Source: Eledone cirrhosa (taxonomy: Eukaryota). Taken from it: a stretch of 64,000 bases of DNA. Both the position numbers and the translations under genes were made by a program. The notes beneath the pieces are model-generated. The model saw nothing but the letters and a program-made list of their open reading frames with translations. It ran no database searches and had not been told where the DNA came from. This document shows, piece by piece, positions 29,601 to 43,500 of this stretch. Within the stretch, counting starts at the first letter, position 1; each line of letters starts with the position of its first letter. The stretch covers positions 32,116,001-32,180,000 of the forward strand of contig OZ024746.1 of the NCBI GenBank assembly GCA_964016885.1, read 5' to 3'.

Positions 29601-30662
29601 AGAAATCGGTGACAGTAGTAATAATTTAGTAAATAGGTTGAATAGAAAACAAACCAAGCCACTGAATAAGGACAGCAAAGAGCAGAGAGAAGAAGCAACA
29701 GAGAGCAGAGACAAGTTAGGTCAGTGGATTTAGCTAAGCAGGGAAGCATAGATATATTACCTCAGTCTCAAGCAAATCAACTAGCATCCCATCACCGCTG
29801 GTTAGTGGATCGTTGCTTGGATGTTCTTCAGGAGAATCCAGGAAAGGAGAAACATTATGTTCCTATAACCATTAGAAAAATAACAGGCTGTGAAAACAAT
29901 GCCAGCTTTTCAGGTTCTAGTTGATGAAATAATATTTTATATCATATCTTAGTTGGTGAAATAATACTCTATATTATATCTTAGTTGATGAAATAATATT
30001 TTATATCATATCTTAGTTGGTGAAATAATACTCTATATTATATCTTAGTTGATGAAATAATATTTTATATCATATCTTAGTTGATGAAATAATATTTTAT
30101 ATCATATCTTAGTTGGTGAAATAATACTCTATATTATATCTTAGTTGATGAAATAATATTTTATATCATATCTTAGTTGGTGAAATAATACTCTATATTA
30201 TATCTTAGTTGATGAAATAATATTTTATATCATATCTTAGTTGGTGAAATAATACTCTATATTATATCTTAGTTGATGAAATAATATTTTATATCATATC
30301 TTAGTTGGTGAAATAATACTTTTTATTATATCTTAGTAGGTGAAATAATACTCTATATTATGTCTTAATTGGTGAAATAATACTCGATATTATGTCTTAG
30401 TTGGTTAAATAATACTTTAAAGCATATTTTGATACTAATATGACTGTCAACAATATTCCCCAAACGAATCATCAATAATGATGTTTTGATGAAAACAAAC
30501 ACACACACACATGCCTATAAATATAAACCCTGTTCAGGTGAATATAGAATTAAATACAGGCTAAAAAATATCAATACCTAGAATATAACAGGGAAGTAAC
30601 ATGTAAAAATAATCAATTACAAAATTGAAAGGAATGTGTATGTCTGTGTGTGTGAGCATGTA

Positions 30663-30734
<72 letters not shown>

Positions 30735-31117
30735 AGTTAAACAAGATTCAATGAATGCATCAAAGAATGAGTTTTACAATAGATTGGAAGCACTCTACAG
30801 AAAAATATTTTCCAGAGTTATTAATTCCAAATATTAACAAAATAGATATTCTTGTGATCAATTATATTTTATTATACATATTTCAGAGGTACTGAATTAA
30901 GTTTAACAGTACGTCCTCATCAGATAAAATAAAATGATACATGACATACCCTGACATGGTAGATGGTTAAGATTTAATCAAGGTAGTAAAATCTTAACCA
31001 TCTACCATTTTATTTTATCTGATGAGGACATACTGTTGAACTTAATTCAGTACCTCTGAAATATGTATAATAAAATATAATTGATCACAAGAATATCTAT
31101 TTTGTTAATATTTGGAA

Positions 31118-31161
<44 letters not shown>

Positions 31162-31876
31162 AGAGTATTGAAGTTTGCTTGAAGCATTGTGGAATAATAA
31201 ATAAATATCTTTAAGTCGTTTGGAAGCCTCGACAATGCAAATGGGTAAATCTCCGGGTAACAAGATCCGGTGGTGGAGAGAGAGATGTAAGTGGGTGTAC
31301 GTTGAGATGCGTGGTGTGTAAAGATGTGTAAATGTGTAGAAGAAAGAAGGAAAGAGTATAAAGGATAAAATAAAAATAACAACACAAGAGAGAGTTACCT
31401 TGGGAGAGATTTAATAGTCCCTATATATTTCGGATTCACATCCATCAACTGGGGTTTTCTTTCCGGGGTAAAGGTTGTCTGTCGGACAGGTGCGAAACGC
31501 GTCCTCCGCTGTTTGTTGTTTTGAATATCTTGAGATATTTGAATATCTTGAGATATTCAAAACAACAAACAGCGGAGGACGCGTTTCGCACCTGTCCGAC
31601 AGACAACCTTTACCCCGGAAAGAAAACCCCAGTTGATGGATGTGAATCCGAAATATATAGGGACTATTAAATCTCTCCCAAGGTAACTCTCTCTTGTGTT
31701 GTTATTTTTATTTTATCCTTTATACTCTTCCCTTCTTTCTTCTACACATTTACACATCTTTACACAGCACGCATCTCAACGTACACCCACTTACATCTCT
31801 CTCTCCATCACCGGATCTTGTTACCCGGAGATTTACCCATTTGCATTGTCGAGGCTTCCAAACGACTTAAAGATAT

Positions 31877-31907
<31 letters not shown>

Positions 31908-31984
31908 TCATATGGCTAAAACAGTACGTGCTGTGACCAGCGGCGCCGAATAGCGCCCGACACTGGTCAGTCAAGGTGATCAAG

Positions 31985-32034
<50 letters not shown>

Positions 32035-32965
32035 TCATCATCATCATCCAATGTTTAATATAAGATGATGATGAAATATATATATTGTATTATGTATCTG
32101 TTCATATTCATGACTGGGAGAAAAAGTACTCAATACTATGATGGAGTATAGTAATATATTTCATCTGCTCCAGTCCTCCATTACTTAGGAGTTCCCCACC
32201 CATTCTAAATATCTAACAAGTCCATCAGACAGAAAGAACAAAAATTGTCATAGAGTTTACTCAACTGGGTGATGTGTTAATAATACAAGGGTCCCTAGTG
32301 ATGTGTTACTAATACAAGGGTCCCTAACAATAATACATCAGAGAAACTTCCTGTGAGATGCAATCTCACAGCTAAACCTAAATATGTATGGGCTGAACTT
32401 TTTAAAATGGTAATGAGGAAGATATTTATCTCCATATATACATAATGAATTATTTTACATCAATTTTTGTTGTTATATTATAAATTATATATGGATCTTT
32501 TCTCAAACCCTTACTGGTCATTTTCTCAATGAATCCTCAGATCAGCTGTTTTACTGTGTCCATCCTTGGATCATAGGGTCATCAGTTAATGTTTCACTGA
32601 CCATGTAGCACTATATTATAATGTTTGTAACAATGTTAATTACACGTTTGACCCTTTAACAGCACTATATATAATGAAGTACATTCTATTTCAGTTAATT
32701 AATGAAATATTTTGAGGGATTTCCTAAATTATTCACCAAATAAATTATGGTTAGGCCTTTAATTTTCTTGGCATAAAAAGCATAACTAGAACCTTGGATA
32801 TTTGTCATGGAAATTTCTGAAGGATGTCAATAAACAAGATACATTTTAAGAATCACAAGAAAACACGAAACAGAATAGAAACAATTCTGCTGTAGAAAGC
32901 TGAAAAAAGCAGTGAAAATAAACTTAGAAATAATTGGTAAAAATGAATAAAGTTAAAATAATATG

Positions 32966-33012
<47 letters not shown>

Positions 33013-36000
33013 TAGAACATAATTGATTAAAAAGACATGATGAAGCAACACAAGCAAATCGTAAAGTAAATTTAACGACTGGATATTCTTTAAACCAGAG
33101 CGTCACCTGGAGATGGCAGAAATTAAAATAGCAAGAAATGAATAAAATAAAGTCTTATGGCTAGAACAGTTGACACATCTATGAAAAAAATAGCAAGTTG
33201 AAGAAATAAACGATCAAAACATAAGATCAGTAAGCTAGACAAAAATAGCTGTGAAGTGTATTATACTTTGTGTATATGTATATATAAATATATATATATA
33301 TATAAGAGCAAAGTAAGTTTGTGCGACACTCAGCAGTAGACATATAAATAGAAAGGCAGATAAGTTTGATTTGTAATAAAAATGGCAGCAGAACGATTCA
33401 GATTTTACAAAAAGTAAAAAAAAAAAAAATTTATAATAATAATGAAAGCAAAGTGATTTTTTTTTTTTCTCTCTCTCAAATGGAGAATAAAATTCATCTG
33501 AGGATTGTGCTTGGTGATCATTTCATAACATCAAAACACCAACTGTGGAAAGATGAAGGTATGATTATGGTTCTAGATGAACACACACACACACACTCTC
33601 TCTCTATGATTTTATGACAATATTTTTAACTACATCTTTACAGAAATTAATGTCTAAAATATTGAGCTAGATGGAACTGGCCAAAGATACTATGTATTAT
33701 GTCAAACATTAAAGGCCTAGTTGAGCTATTGGGAATGTTATTAACTATATGTACAACCCAGTATTTAATTTAATCCTTCCTTCACCATATTTATTAATGA
33801 GATACACTGTCTTTGACTTAATTTTGAAAAGAACCAAGAATTTGGTACCATTTACTAGAACTAATTTCCTCATTATTAATTTCGTGTTTGAAACATAATT
33901 TAATGAAAGATTCTTACATAAGATTATATTGGAATGGTGTAGTTCCAATAAGAGTATTTCAAAACATGGTTTTGTATCAAAGACAGAAGAACATTTGTAG
34001 GTAGGTTGGTCTATTTTGGTTTTTAACTCTATTTTGACTATATTCCTAATGAAATACTCTATATTTTAATTAATTAATGAAGAATTTTGAGGGATTTACT
34101 GAAATTATTAACTATTTCATTACTAAGATAATTACTGACTGTGTGTATCCAGTTTAGGCACACTGTGCCACTGACTGTTGTAAGAGTTGGCACCAGAAAC
34201 AGCATCTGGTCATAAAACCTTGCTCAAAAGAGTTCTCCATGCCATGATACCCACAAGGTTAGCCCTTGTTTTAGTTTTGAAAATGTTTATTTCTTATATA
34301 AAATTATGTTGAAATATTTAATTAAACTGAAAATCCTTTAATGTGGGTGGTTTTGTTTTATAAAACCAGATCCAGTTCTAGCTGGGGTTGGTGTCAAAAG
34401 TGTTAATGAAGAATTTTGAGGGATGTACTAAAGTTATTAATTATTTCATTACTGAGATAAACTTAACATATGGTTCTTATATAACATTACGTTGAAAAAA
34501 TTATATTTAAATAAGAATCCTTTAAAATTGTAGGTTTTGTTTCATAAAACCAGAACCACTTTTGGCTAGGTTGGTATCAAAATAATTAAATCTATTATCC
34601 ATGCTTAAATTTATGTATAGGACATATCATTTCAGAATATGTAAATATTTTTCTGTTTAGGACATGTCATTTCAGAATATGTTAGTATTTTTGTTTAGGA
34701 AATATCATGTCTACTGAATATGCTAATATATATCTGTTTACAACATATTTCTTCAGAATATGTTAATATTTTTCTCTTCTTTCCTTCCAGTTTTCAAAAT
34801 GTCAATAACAATTCCAACAGATTAACATAAGACCTGTCCCTAAGACTATATACAGTATTTCTATAACAAACCTACCATTTAGCCCTCTTCTTCCTCCTAA
34901 TTAATGCAGATTTTTGTTCTTATATTTACAGTGTATTTGCTGACCCAGAACACTGGAAGAAATTTTAGTTTTATCTTGAGGAAACATAAAAGATTAGATC
35001 AGTGGTGACACCATGTGGAGGCAGAAGGAACTAAAGTTATCAGTTATTACAAGAGCAGTCATATATATATAGGTTTTACTAAACAATCTGACACATACTG
35101 GATCTACACTATATACATACAAGATATGGAACAAGAAGTTTATTGCATATACACCAACAGCATTTTACATGTGCTTTCTATGCTGGTATGGGTTAAATGA
35201 ATTGTCACAGTCCAAGATTAGACTTATCTCAAAACCACGTCTAGTTTATACATTCCATATTTGGCATCGCTTTTATGTCTGGATGCGCTTCTTAATACCA
35301 ACCACTTTACAGAGTGTACCTAGTGTATTTTGTCATAGCAAAAACACTACAATATATAAGGAATGGACCTCTGTTGGGGTTAATGATGAGCATTCCAATT
35401 GTTCAATCAACAAGGCAGTCTGCATATGAATTAACATCTATGTAGCTGAGTATTCCTCAGAGATATGTACCCGTAACATCAATTTCACAAAGATTCAGTG
35501 TGTGCCAAAATACGCATGCACTGAACGAAGAAGAAACCGAGTTAAAGAGTAGACGGGACCTTTGTGTTTTATTAAGGACCTGACAACCTCTCTGATGTTG
35601 TGGATACTATAAAATGTACTCATCCTATGATACAAAACTGTTTATTTCAAAGTGTGTGTTATCTAAAAACCTTTCATTATAATTTTATGTAAAAACCTTT
35701 AAGTTGTGCTCTAAACACTAGCTTAATAATGAGAACTCCCTCCAAATTCTTGATTATTTTCAAAATGATTTGAAAATTATAGGCAGTGCCTTTCATTAGA
35801 AATATGGTAACAAAAAGAAAAGTTTATATCTATCTAAAAATATTCCATCACAATTTTATGTACGAATGTTTATGTTTTGTTTCGAACACCAGCATAATAT
35901 TGAAAAAAAAAAAATAAAAAAAGTTATATTACTAAATACTTCCAAATTTTCAATTATTTTCAAAATTATTTGAAAATCATAGGTAGTATCTTTCATTAGA

Positions 36001-37885
36001 AATATGGTAGCTAATGGGTTAATTAGAACTATGTTAAGAAAAGGGATAATTAATTGACTACATAGAGTCAAGTAGCTTTCATAGCTCTTTAAATAAACTA
36101 TAAACATTTACTTCTCTCTACACTTAATGTATTTTGTCAGAATTTCTGAGGTGATGAATCATTATTATAATTACTGATATATTCAGACTAATGTCCTCAT
36201 CGTGGTTGTTATAGTTACAACATGACAGTTGTTGTACCTTCTGGTTATCTTCAGAGGAATTATTATCGTTATTAACTGATATATTCAGAGTAAAGTTTTC
36301 ATTTTGGCTGTTATAGTCACAATATTTCAGCTGTTTGGTTTGAAATTTTGAGAATCTGGAAGACACCTGAAGATGGCCAGAGGGTAGAACAACTGAAGCA
36401 TTGTTATTCTTACCACCAAGATGAGGACAGTAGTTTAAATGAATACATGTATAATAATTAGAAGACAAGATAAAATACCAGTAATACCTACAGACCCTGA
36501 CAAATTTAGAGAGGTAGAGTTGGGTTGTGATAATTGAAAGATATTATTAGAATGGTTAATATTCAGTATGGAACACAGTTAGTAGTTGGAGAGAAAGAAA
36601 TGAGTTCCAGGGAAGATGAATTTCTGTGGAGCAACTAATGGAATTATGGAATACAAATAATGGAATTATGGAATACTCATTTAGAAATTATTTCCAAAAC
36701 ATTGGACTTCATCTATTTTACTAATAAATTTAAGTGCTATCACCAAGTGTGTTTAACACTTGGTGATTATACAGTGTGGCAGGTAAATACTCCAATTTCT
36801 TTTTAATGCTGAGACTAAGGAACCACAAGAAAACACCAGAGCAAGGCATAGACACTGTAATAATCTATTTCTAGAAAGGCCCCTGCCGTAATTATTTATA
36901 ATGAATGCTGCCATATATTTAAGGATTAAGGGATGCTGATATCTTGTAGTAAAATAGGATTTGGTGGACAATATACCTTGGTGTGATAAAGAATCATCAA
37001 TATATTACACAAATTTCTCAAACGATTAACAGGTAAAAGTCAATGTACCTGTGTAGTAAACAACAGGTGAAAATCAATGGAATTTTGTCAGTTTCAATGA
37101 TGAGTGTTCCTATGTTTCATCATAAATTTATCATATAAGTGGTTGAGTATTCCACAGTCATGTGCTTTTAATATAATTCTCAGGGTGATTCAACTTAATG
37201 CAGTATGTGACACCATTGACCTTTTGAATTTCAAGTCCATCTTGTATTCTTATGTAAGTGGCTGAGTATTCCACAGTCACATGTACTCTTAACATAACAC
37301 TCAGGGAGATTCAGTGTGACAAGCTGGATCTTTGAATTAGAGGTACAATCCATCTTGCACTGTAGTGAAAGTGGCTAAGTATTCCATAAGAACATATATT
37401 CCTAACATAATCCTCAGGGAGATTCAGCTTCATATATTGTGTGATAAAGCTGACACTTTAAATTAGAGGTACAGACCATCCAACAGGCTTGTGTGCCCTA
37501 ATTCAACATGCAAGGCTTCAATTGAACTGAGGCTATGGTAAAAGAAACATGAACAAGATACCATGAAGTGAGATTGAACCTGGAGTCTCATGATTGTGAA
37601 ACAAACTTCTAAACCACTCAACCATATTACACCTGTATTAAAAGGTGCCATCAGTGGAAAAGGCAAGAATAAAACAATAGTGCCATGGCTAAACCATTGA
37701 AGATGGGACCAACACCATTCAACAGTAGATGGTACCAACACAAATTTCATATTTAGGCAGAGGACTATCATTTTATAAAAGGAAGAGAATCTAAGACAGT
37801 ATGCAGTATATATACATCAATAAGTATACTCTTTGTGTGAATATATATATACACTCCTACATTAAATACACACAAATATTTTTAC

Positions 37886-37919
<34 letters not shown>

Positions 37920-40496
37920 GTAACAAGTAGGACCCCGACGGCTGAGCTCAAGCCGTTTCGACGGCTAATTCTGGACTAATTAGTCCAGAATTAGCCGTCG
38001 AAACGGCTTGAGCTCAGCCGTCGGGATCCTACTCGTTCCTATTACCCACTCTACTACCCTAAGTATTGAGTACTTTGGTGCATTATGGTCCACCTGGTTC
38101 CTTACCACATTTCCTTCGTTATATATATATATATATTCATACTATATTTACATCAATATCTTTTCTCCAATCAATCAACAAGATCTCAGAACTTATTCAC
38201 TTATTGAGTGGAGTGGAGCTTGTCAAATCAGACCAAGGAAACAATATTTCCACTGGTTTTTTCCATTGCTGACATTATCTACCAGTCTTAACTCCTAGCA
38301 TAAAGAGCAATGTGAAATAATGTCTTGTTCAAGGACATAATGCATCATCCGGCCTGGAAATTGAACTCATCTCATGGTTGTGAATCGAACTCTCTAACCA
38401 CTAGACCATGCACCTTCAGTATTTATACAATATACATATCACTCCCCTCCCCAAGTTTTATCTTCCTTTCACTCTTTTGGTGGACTCCATCACTTCAGAG
38501 CTGGCACCATCAACATAGGCATGATGAAGGAAGATCAAGAGAGATTGTAGAGATGCTTGAATGAAAGAAAATTGATGTGTGCTGTGTACAAGAGGCTAGA
38601 TGGAGGGGAATGTCAGAGAAAACTACAGAGGTATCAAGTTGGTTGACGAGGTCATGACAGTCACAGAGTTATAGCAGAGCTGATTAGGGACTGAGTTAAC
38701 CTAGATGAGATGCAGTTTGGAATTGTGTCAGGTAAAAGTACCACTGATGCCCTCTTCTTTGTGAGTCAATTACTAAAAGTAAACCCCTCTACTTGGCATT
38801 TATTGACCAAGAGAAAGCCTCTGGCAGACTCCTCTGTTATATTATCTGGTAGGCTCTTAGAAGTAGATGAGTGGCTTGTAAGGGCAGTACAAGCCATATC
38901 GAGAGGAACAGTCAGCAAAGTTAAAATTAACAATGACTAGAGTGGAGAATTTGCATGCAGGGAGTCCATCAGGGCCCCATTATTAGTCCTTCTGTGTTTA
39001 TTATCATCCTCTAAGCTATAACAAAAGAGTTTAAAACTGGCTGGTTATGGCAATTGCTGTATGCAGATGATCTAAACCTTATAGCTGAAACTATGGCAGA
39101 ATTAGAGAAGAAATTCCAAACTTGGAAGCATAGCCTAGAATCAAAAGGTCTTAAAGTTAACTTGTCAAAGTCTAAAGTCCTAGTATGTAGAAGGGAAAAC
39201 AGGGCCCCGATTTCCTCAGGGAAATAACCTTGCTCAGTATACAGGAAAAGAGTAGGACGAAATCCCATCCTACATCCGAAATGCAAACTATGGGGACAAA
39301 AGAGATGTAGTGGGATGTCAGGCAGGCTAGTAAAGAGCTCACAGGATACTAACTCCTTCAAATGCCCAGAGGCCTCTGTAGAAGTAGCTGATAGTTTGTT
39401 ACCTGGATGATCAAATTAGCAGGGGAGGAGGATGTTCCAAAAGTACAGTAGCCAGAGTGAATGGAATGGAATGAATGGAGATACTATAGCTGCTAACTAC
39501 AAAAAGGTTTTCCCCTCAAAATGAAGGGCAGATTGTATAATGTGTGTATATGAACAGCAATGCTGCATGGTAGTGAGACCTGAACACTGTATGCAGAGGA
39601 CCTACCAAGATTGGAAAGAAATGAAGCCTACATGTTCCAATGGATGTGTAAAGTAATATAACATGAACAGCCAAGCGCAAATGAGCAGAGAGAGAAACTG
39701 GGCATAAGAGAGATCAGATGCAGTATGCAGGAGAGAAGATTGCAGTGGTATGGACATGTACGTATGAAGGATGACAGCTGTATGAAAAGATGCTGGGCGC
39801 TTAAAGTTGATGGAAGCTATGGATGAAGCAGACTCAGGAAAGTTTGAGATAAAGTGATAAAAGCTGACCTCACACAATTTCACTTCTCAAAGATCATGCC
39901 ACAGGATCAAGATCTCTGTCATTGTTCAGTACAGTAGAAGACCTGCCATCCCAAGGGCACCAGATGTAGGAACATTGAGTGACCTCTAATATACACCACT
40001 TCATCCCCTGCCCCTCCATACAGTATATCAGAAGCCCCACCTTCCTATGTGCACGGGATGAAGAACATCTAGCAACCTCTAGTACATACCATTTCTCCAC
40101 TTCCCTCTACCATACACCTCTCAGACTGTACCCTTCACCAGCTAAGTACTTTACCCTAGACCTACTCTCCAACCCCCACCCACATTCCACATCAGACCAC
40201 CAAGCTTGGAAAGATGAACATGCTCTCCCACAATGCTATGGAAGTGGCTAATTGCTAATAGCTCTAATCTACTCTGTAAGGTGATCATGCTGGTGACAAC
40301 AAACGCCTCTAGTTCACACTGTATATATATACTCACACTCCAAAATAATATATGTACATTAATATTTACTGTTGTGAAGTACACTATGTAGTAGAAATAA
40401 CCAAGAATCAGAACTGAATATCTAAGCTGTTTAATCCCAAGCCAGCCCTTATCAAGTAGACTTCTTGATCTAATAGATTACAGCCATGACCATCCT

Positions 40497-40529
<33 letters not shown>

Positions 40530-43500
40530 CCAGGCAAGATGGATTCTCAGTCAGTTTCAATGGTGGTTATATAGTTATTTGATCAACTGAATGTCAACCG
40601 TGTTAATTTAATGTGTGGTTGAGTATTCCACAGATACATGTAATTCTCAAGCAGAGTCAGCATGACACAATGTGTGCTGCAGTCTTGGCTGAGTGGTTAA
40701 GAAATATACTCTGCAATCATAAGGTCCTCAGTTCAATCTCACAGTGGGCATATGTTTTTACCACAGCATCGGGTCAACACTAAACCTTATCAGTGAAATT
40801 GAGTAGAATAGAAATGTTTGGAGGTCTCTTGGATGGATTGTACCTGTAATTCAAAGGGCCAGCCTTATCACATTTCAGACACAGTAAGCAAATTATAAAA
40901 TAACAGGGTGAGTTTAGGGAGATTTAGCTGTTATTTCTAGCAGGTTGAATGAGCATGTAACAGCTCCCTGATTGGCTGATTCAGCTGTATAGCGATTGTT
41001 GCAACACTTGGAAAAATATATATACACCATGTGTATTAGGAGGTAGGGGCCATATAACAAAGATAATGTTAACAGATTGTATCATATGACTACTACTAGA
41101 GTAGTGTTAGAAAGTTATTAAGACAGTAATTAGGATAATTAAGGTTATTAATATAGATAATTTAAAGTAACTCCCATCAAAGAACAATTTTTAACAAAAA
41201 TAGATATAAGTGAAGAAATATCTAAATCTTAAATTTGTTTAAAATAATCTGTTATAATAGGAAGCATTAAAACTGAAAGCAGGCTTTGCAAATGTGAATC
41301 TAAATTGGTTGGCATTAGGGAAGCAAGAAGGTGTTGCCACTGGTCCTGTGATTTCCTGACTGGTCACTTCATCCAAATCAGTTTGATATAGGCACCAGTT
41401 TGATATCGGACCACTGTGGAAACTATCTCAAATGATGGTAACTTACCAAACCTGCTGTATGTCCATATTCTTCTGAACCACCAGAATGTATATCATGAGA
41501 GTAGGCAGAGTCCACACTGAACCCACTCTGGTCAGTATCAGGGGGTGGGGAGAGTAGTTTAGGGACTTTTGATCTTGACTTATCTTTAAGCCTGGCACTT
41601 GGTGATTTCATCATATATTTCGTCTCCTGCCTATCCAGTGTCTTCTTGTGGTAGTCTCCACTGAGAAGAGCATTGTCGCTACCTTCAACATAACGACCTA
41701 TTGGAGTATACCATGCACTGCTGTTGCTGCTTAAGTTACTAATACTGCTGTTACTACCAGATTTTTGGTTAGTCAATGGTAGGGAATAGTCAATATTACA
41801 GTAGTCACTGGAAGATTGAGAAGTTGGTTGACTAAACCCATCAGTACTAGCCTTGCTGTTCAAGTTGTCAATAGGACTGAAATAATTCGAACTGTTGTTT
41901 GTGATGTCTCGGATGATTAAAGCTCTACCAACATTGCTGGGGATCACATCGGAATGATGTCTGCGGACAGGTTTTGTGTGTTCTTTCTTGTTAATCATGT
42001 CCATGGATTTCTGGATGGCCTGCATCCAATTCTTCCGTAGACCAGATGTCATAGCAGTCAACACATACTCTCCATTTTGGTTCTGAAATTTATAAACAAT
42101 ATCAAAATGTAGTTTTTCTTCAATTTCACAGAAAATAATTACATATATTTATTTATCTGTGTACATGTTTCTGTGTGTGTGTGCACAGGTGAGTGTGTGC
42201 ATGCATGAGTGTGTACATGTTTGTGCATGTATATGTGTTTCTGTCTGTCTGTGTATATATATAAATGGTTGTGTTATAGTGAAGATGCGCTGCATAGTGG
42301 TTAGGGTGCTGGACTCATGATCACAAGGCCATGAATTAGATACTCAAACTGGATGAGACATTATGTCATTGAGCAAGACACTTTATTCCCTCATTGTTTC
42401 AGTTCAGTGTACTATAAATAGGAGTTGTGACTACACTCATACCAAGCTGTATCGGCTTTTATTTTTCTTGCAGACATTGACATTATCAAAAGGAGGAGAT
42501 GATGCATGGGTAACTGCATCATCTATGACGAACCCTAATCAGGCTAAACAGTGGTGGATAAACAGGAGTGGTAGTGGTGATGATGGTGGAGGAGGTGATT
42601 TTGTTGGTGATGCTTGTGTTGATGATGGTTGTGGCTGTGTTCATGATGATGGTGGTGATATACATGTTAGTGTTGATGTTGGTGTGACAGCAATGATGGT
42701 GGTTGTTGTGGCTATATTAATGATGGTGGTGGTGGTGGTGTACATGTTAGTGTTGATGTTGGTGTGACAGCAATGATGGTGATTGTTGTGGCTGTATTAA
42801 TGGTGGTGGTGGTGTACATGTTAGTGTTGATGTTGGTGTGACAGCAATGATGGTGGTTGTTGTGGCTGTATTAATGATGGTGGTGGTGGTGGTGGTGTAC
42901 ATGTTAGTGTTGATGTTGGTGTGACAGCAATGATGGTGGTTGTTGTGGCTGTATTAATGATGGTGGTGGTGGTGGTGTACATGTTAGTGTTGATGTTGGT
43001 GTGACAGCAATGATGGTGATTGTTGTGGCTGTATTAATGATGGTGGTGGTGGTGGTGTACATGTTAGTGTTGATGTTGGTGTGACAGCAATGATGGTGGT
43101 TGTTGTGGCTGTATTAATGATGGTGGTGGTGGTGGTGTACATGTTAGTGTTGATGTGACAGCAATGATGGTGGTTGTTGTGGCTGTATTAATGATGGTGG
43201 TGGTGGTGGTGTACATGTTAGTGTTGATGTTGGTGTGACAGCAATGATGGTGGTTGTTGTGGCTGTATTAATGATGGTGGTGGTGGTGGTGTACATGTTA
43301 GTGTTGATGTTGGTGTGACAGCAATGATGGTGGTTGTTGTGGCTGTATTAATGATGGTGGTGGTGATGGTGTACATGTTAGTGTTGATGATGGTGATAAG
43401 GATAATGTTGATGCGATAGCCATGATGAAGATGCTATGAGATAGATAAGAACAATTATTAAAGAGAATATTTTATCTTACCTTGATGCAAAAGCCATAAT

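Larger units (their letters stand above)
30819..31123. repeat. fold-back inverted repeat carrying two hammerhead motifs
   Basis: Arms are reverse-complementary with about 2 mismatches, one bulge of about 19 nt and a loop of about 12 nt; (TA)n on both sides. Confidence 0.95.

Noticed and set aside
29918-30420. CRISPR-like array
   Set aside because: Contiguous units with no unique spacers, in a eukaryotic context
33080-33106. Good acceptor (ttctgccatctccag) followed by 27 in-frame nt (VTLWFKEYP)
   Set aside because: The donor GTCGTT is very poor; it cannot be supported without RNA data
36238-36366. 129-nt in-frame AG/GT-bounded segment inside ORF 36124..36468 as an extra exon
   Set aside because: It lies in a dispersed-type repeat with internal tandem and inverted units, and the peptide repeats itself (LNISV twice)
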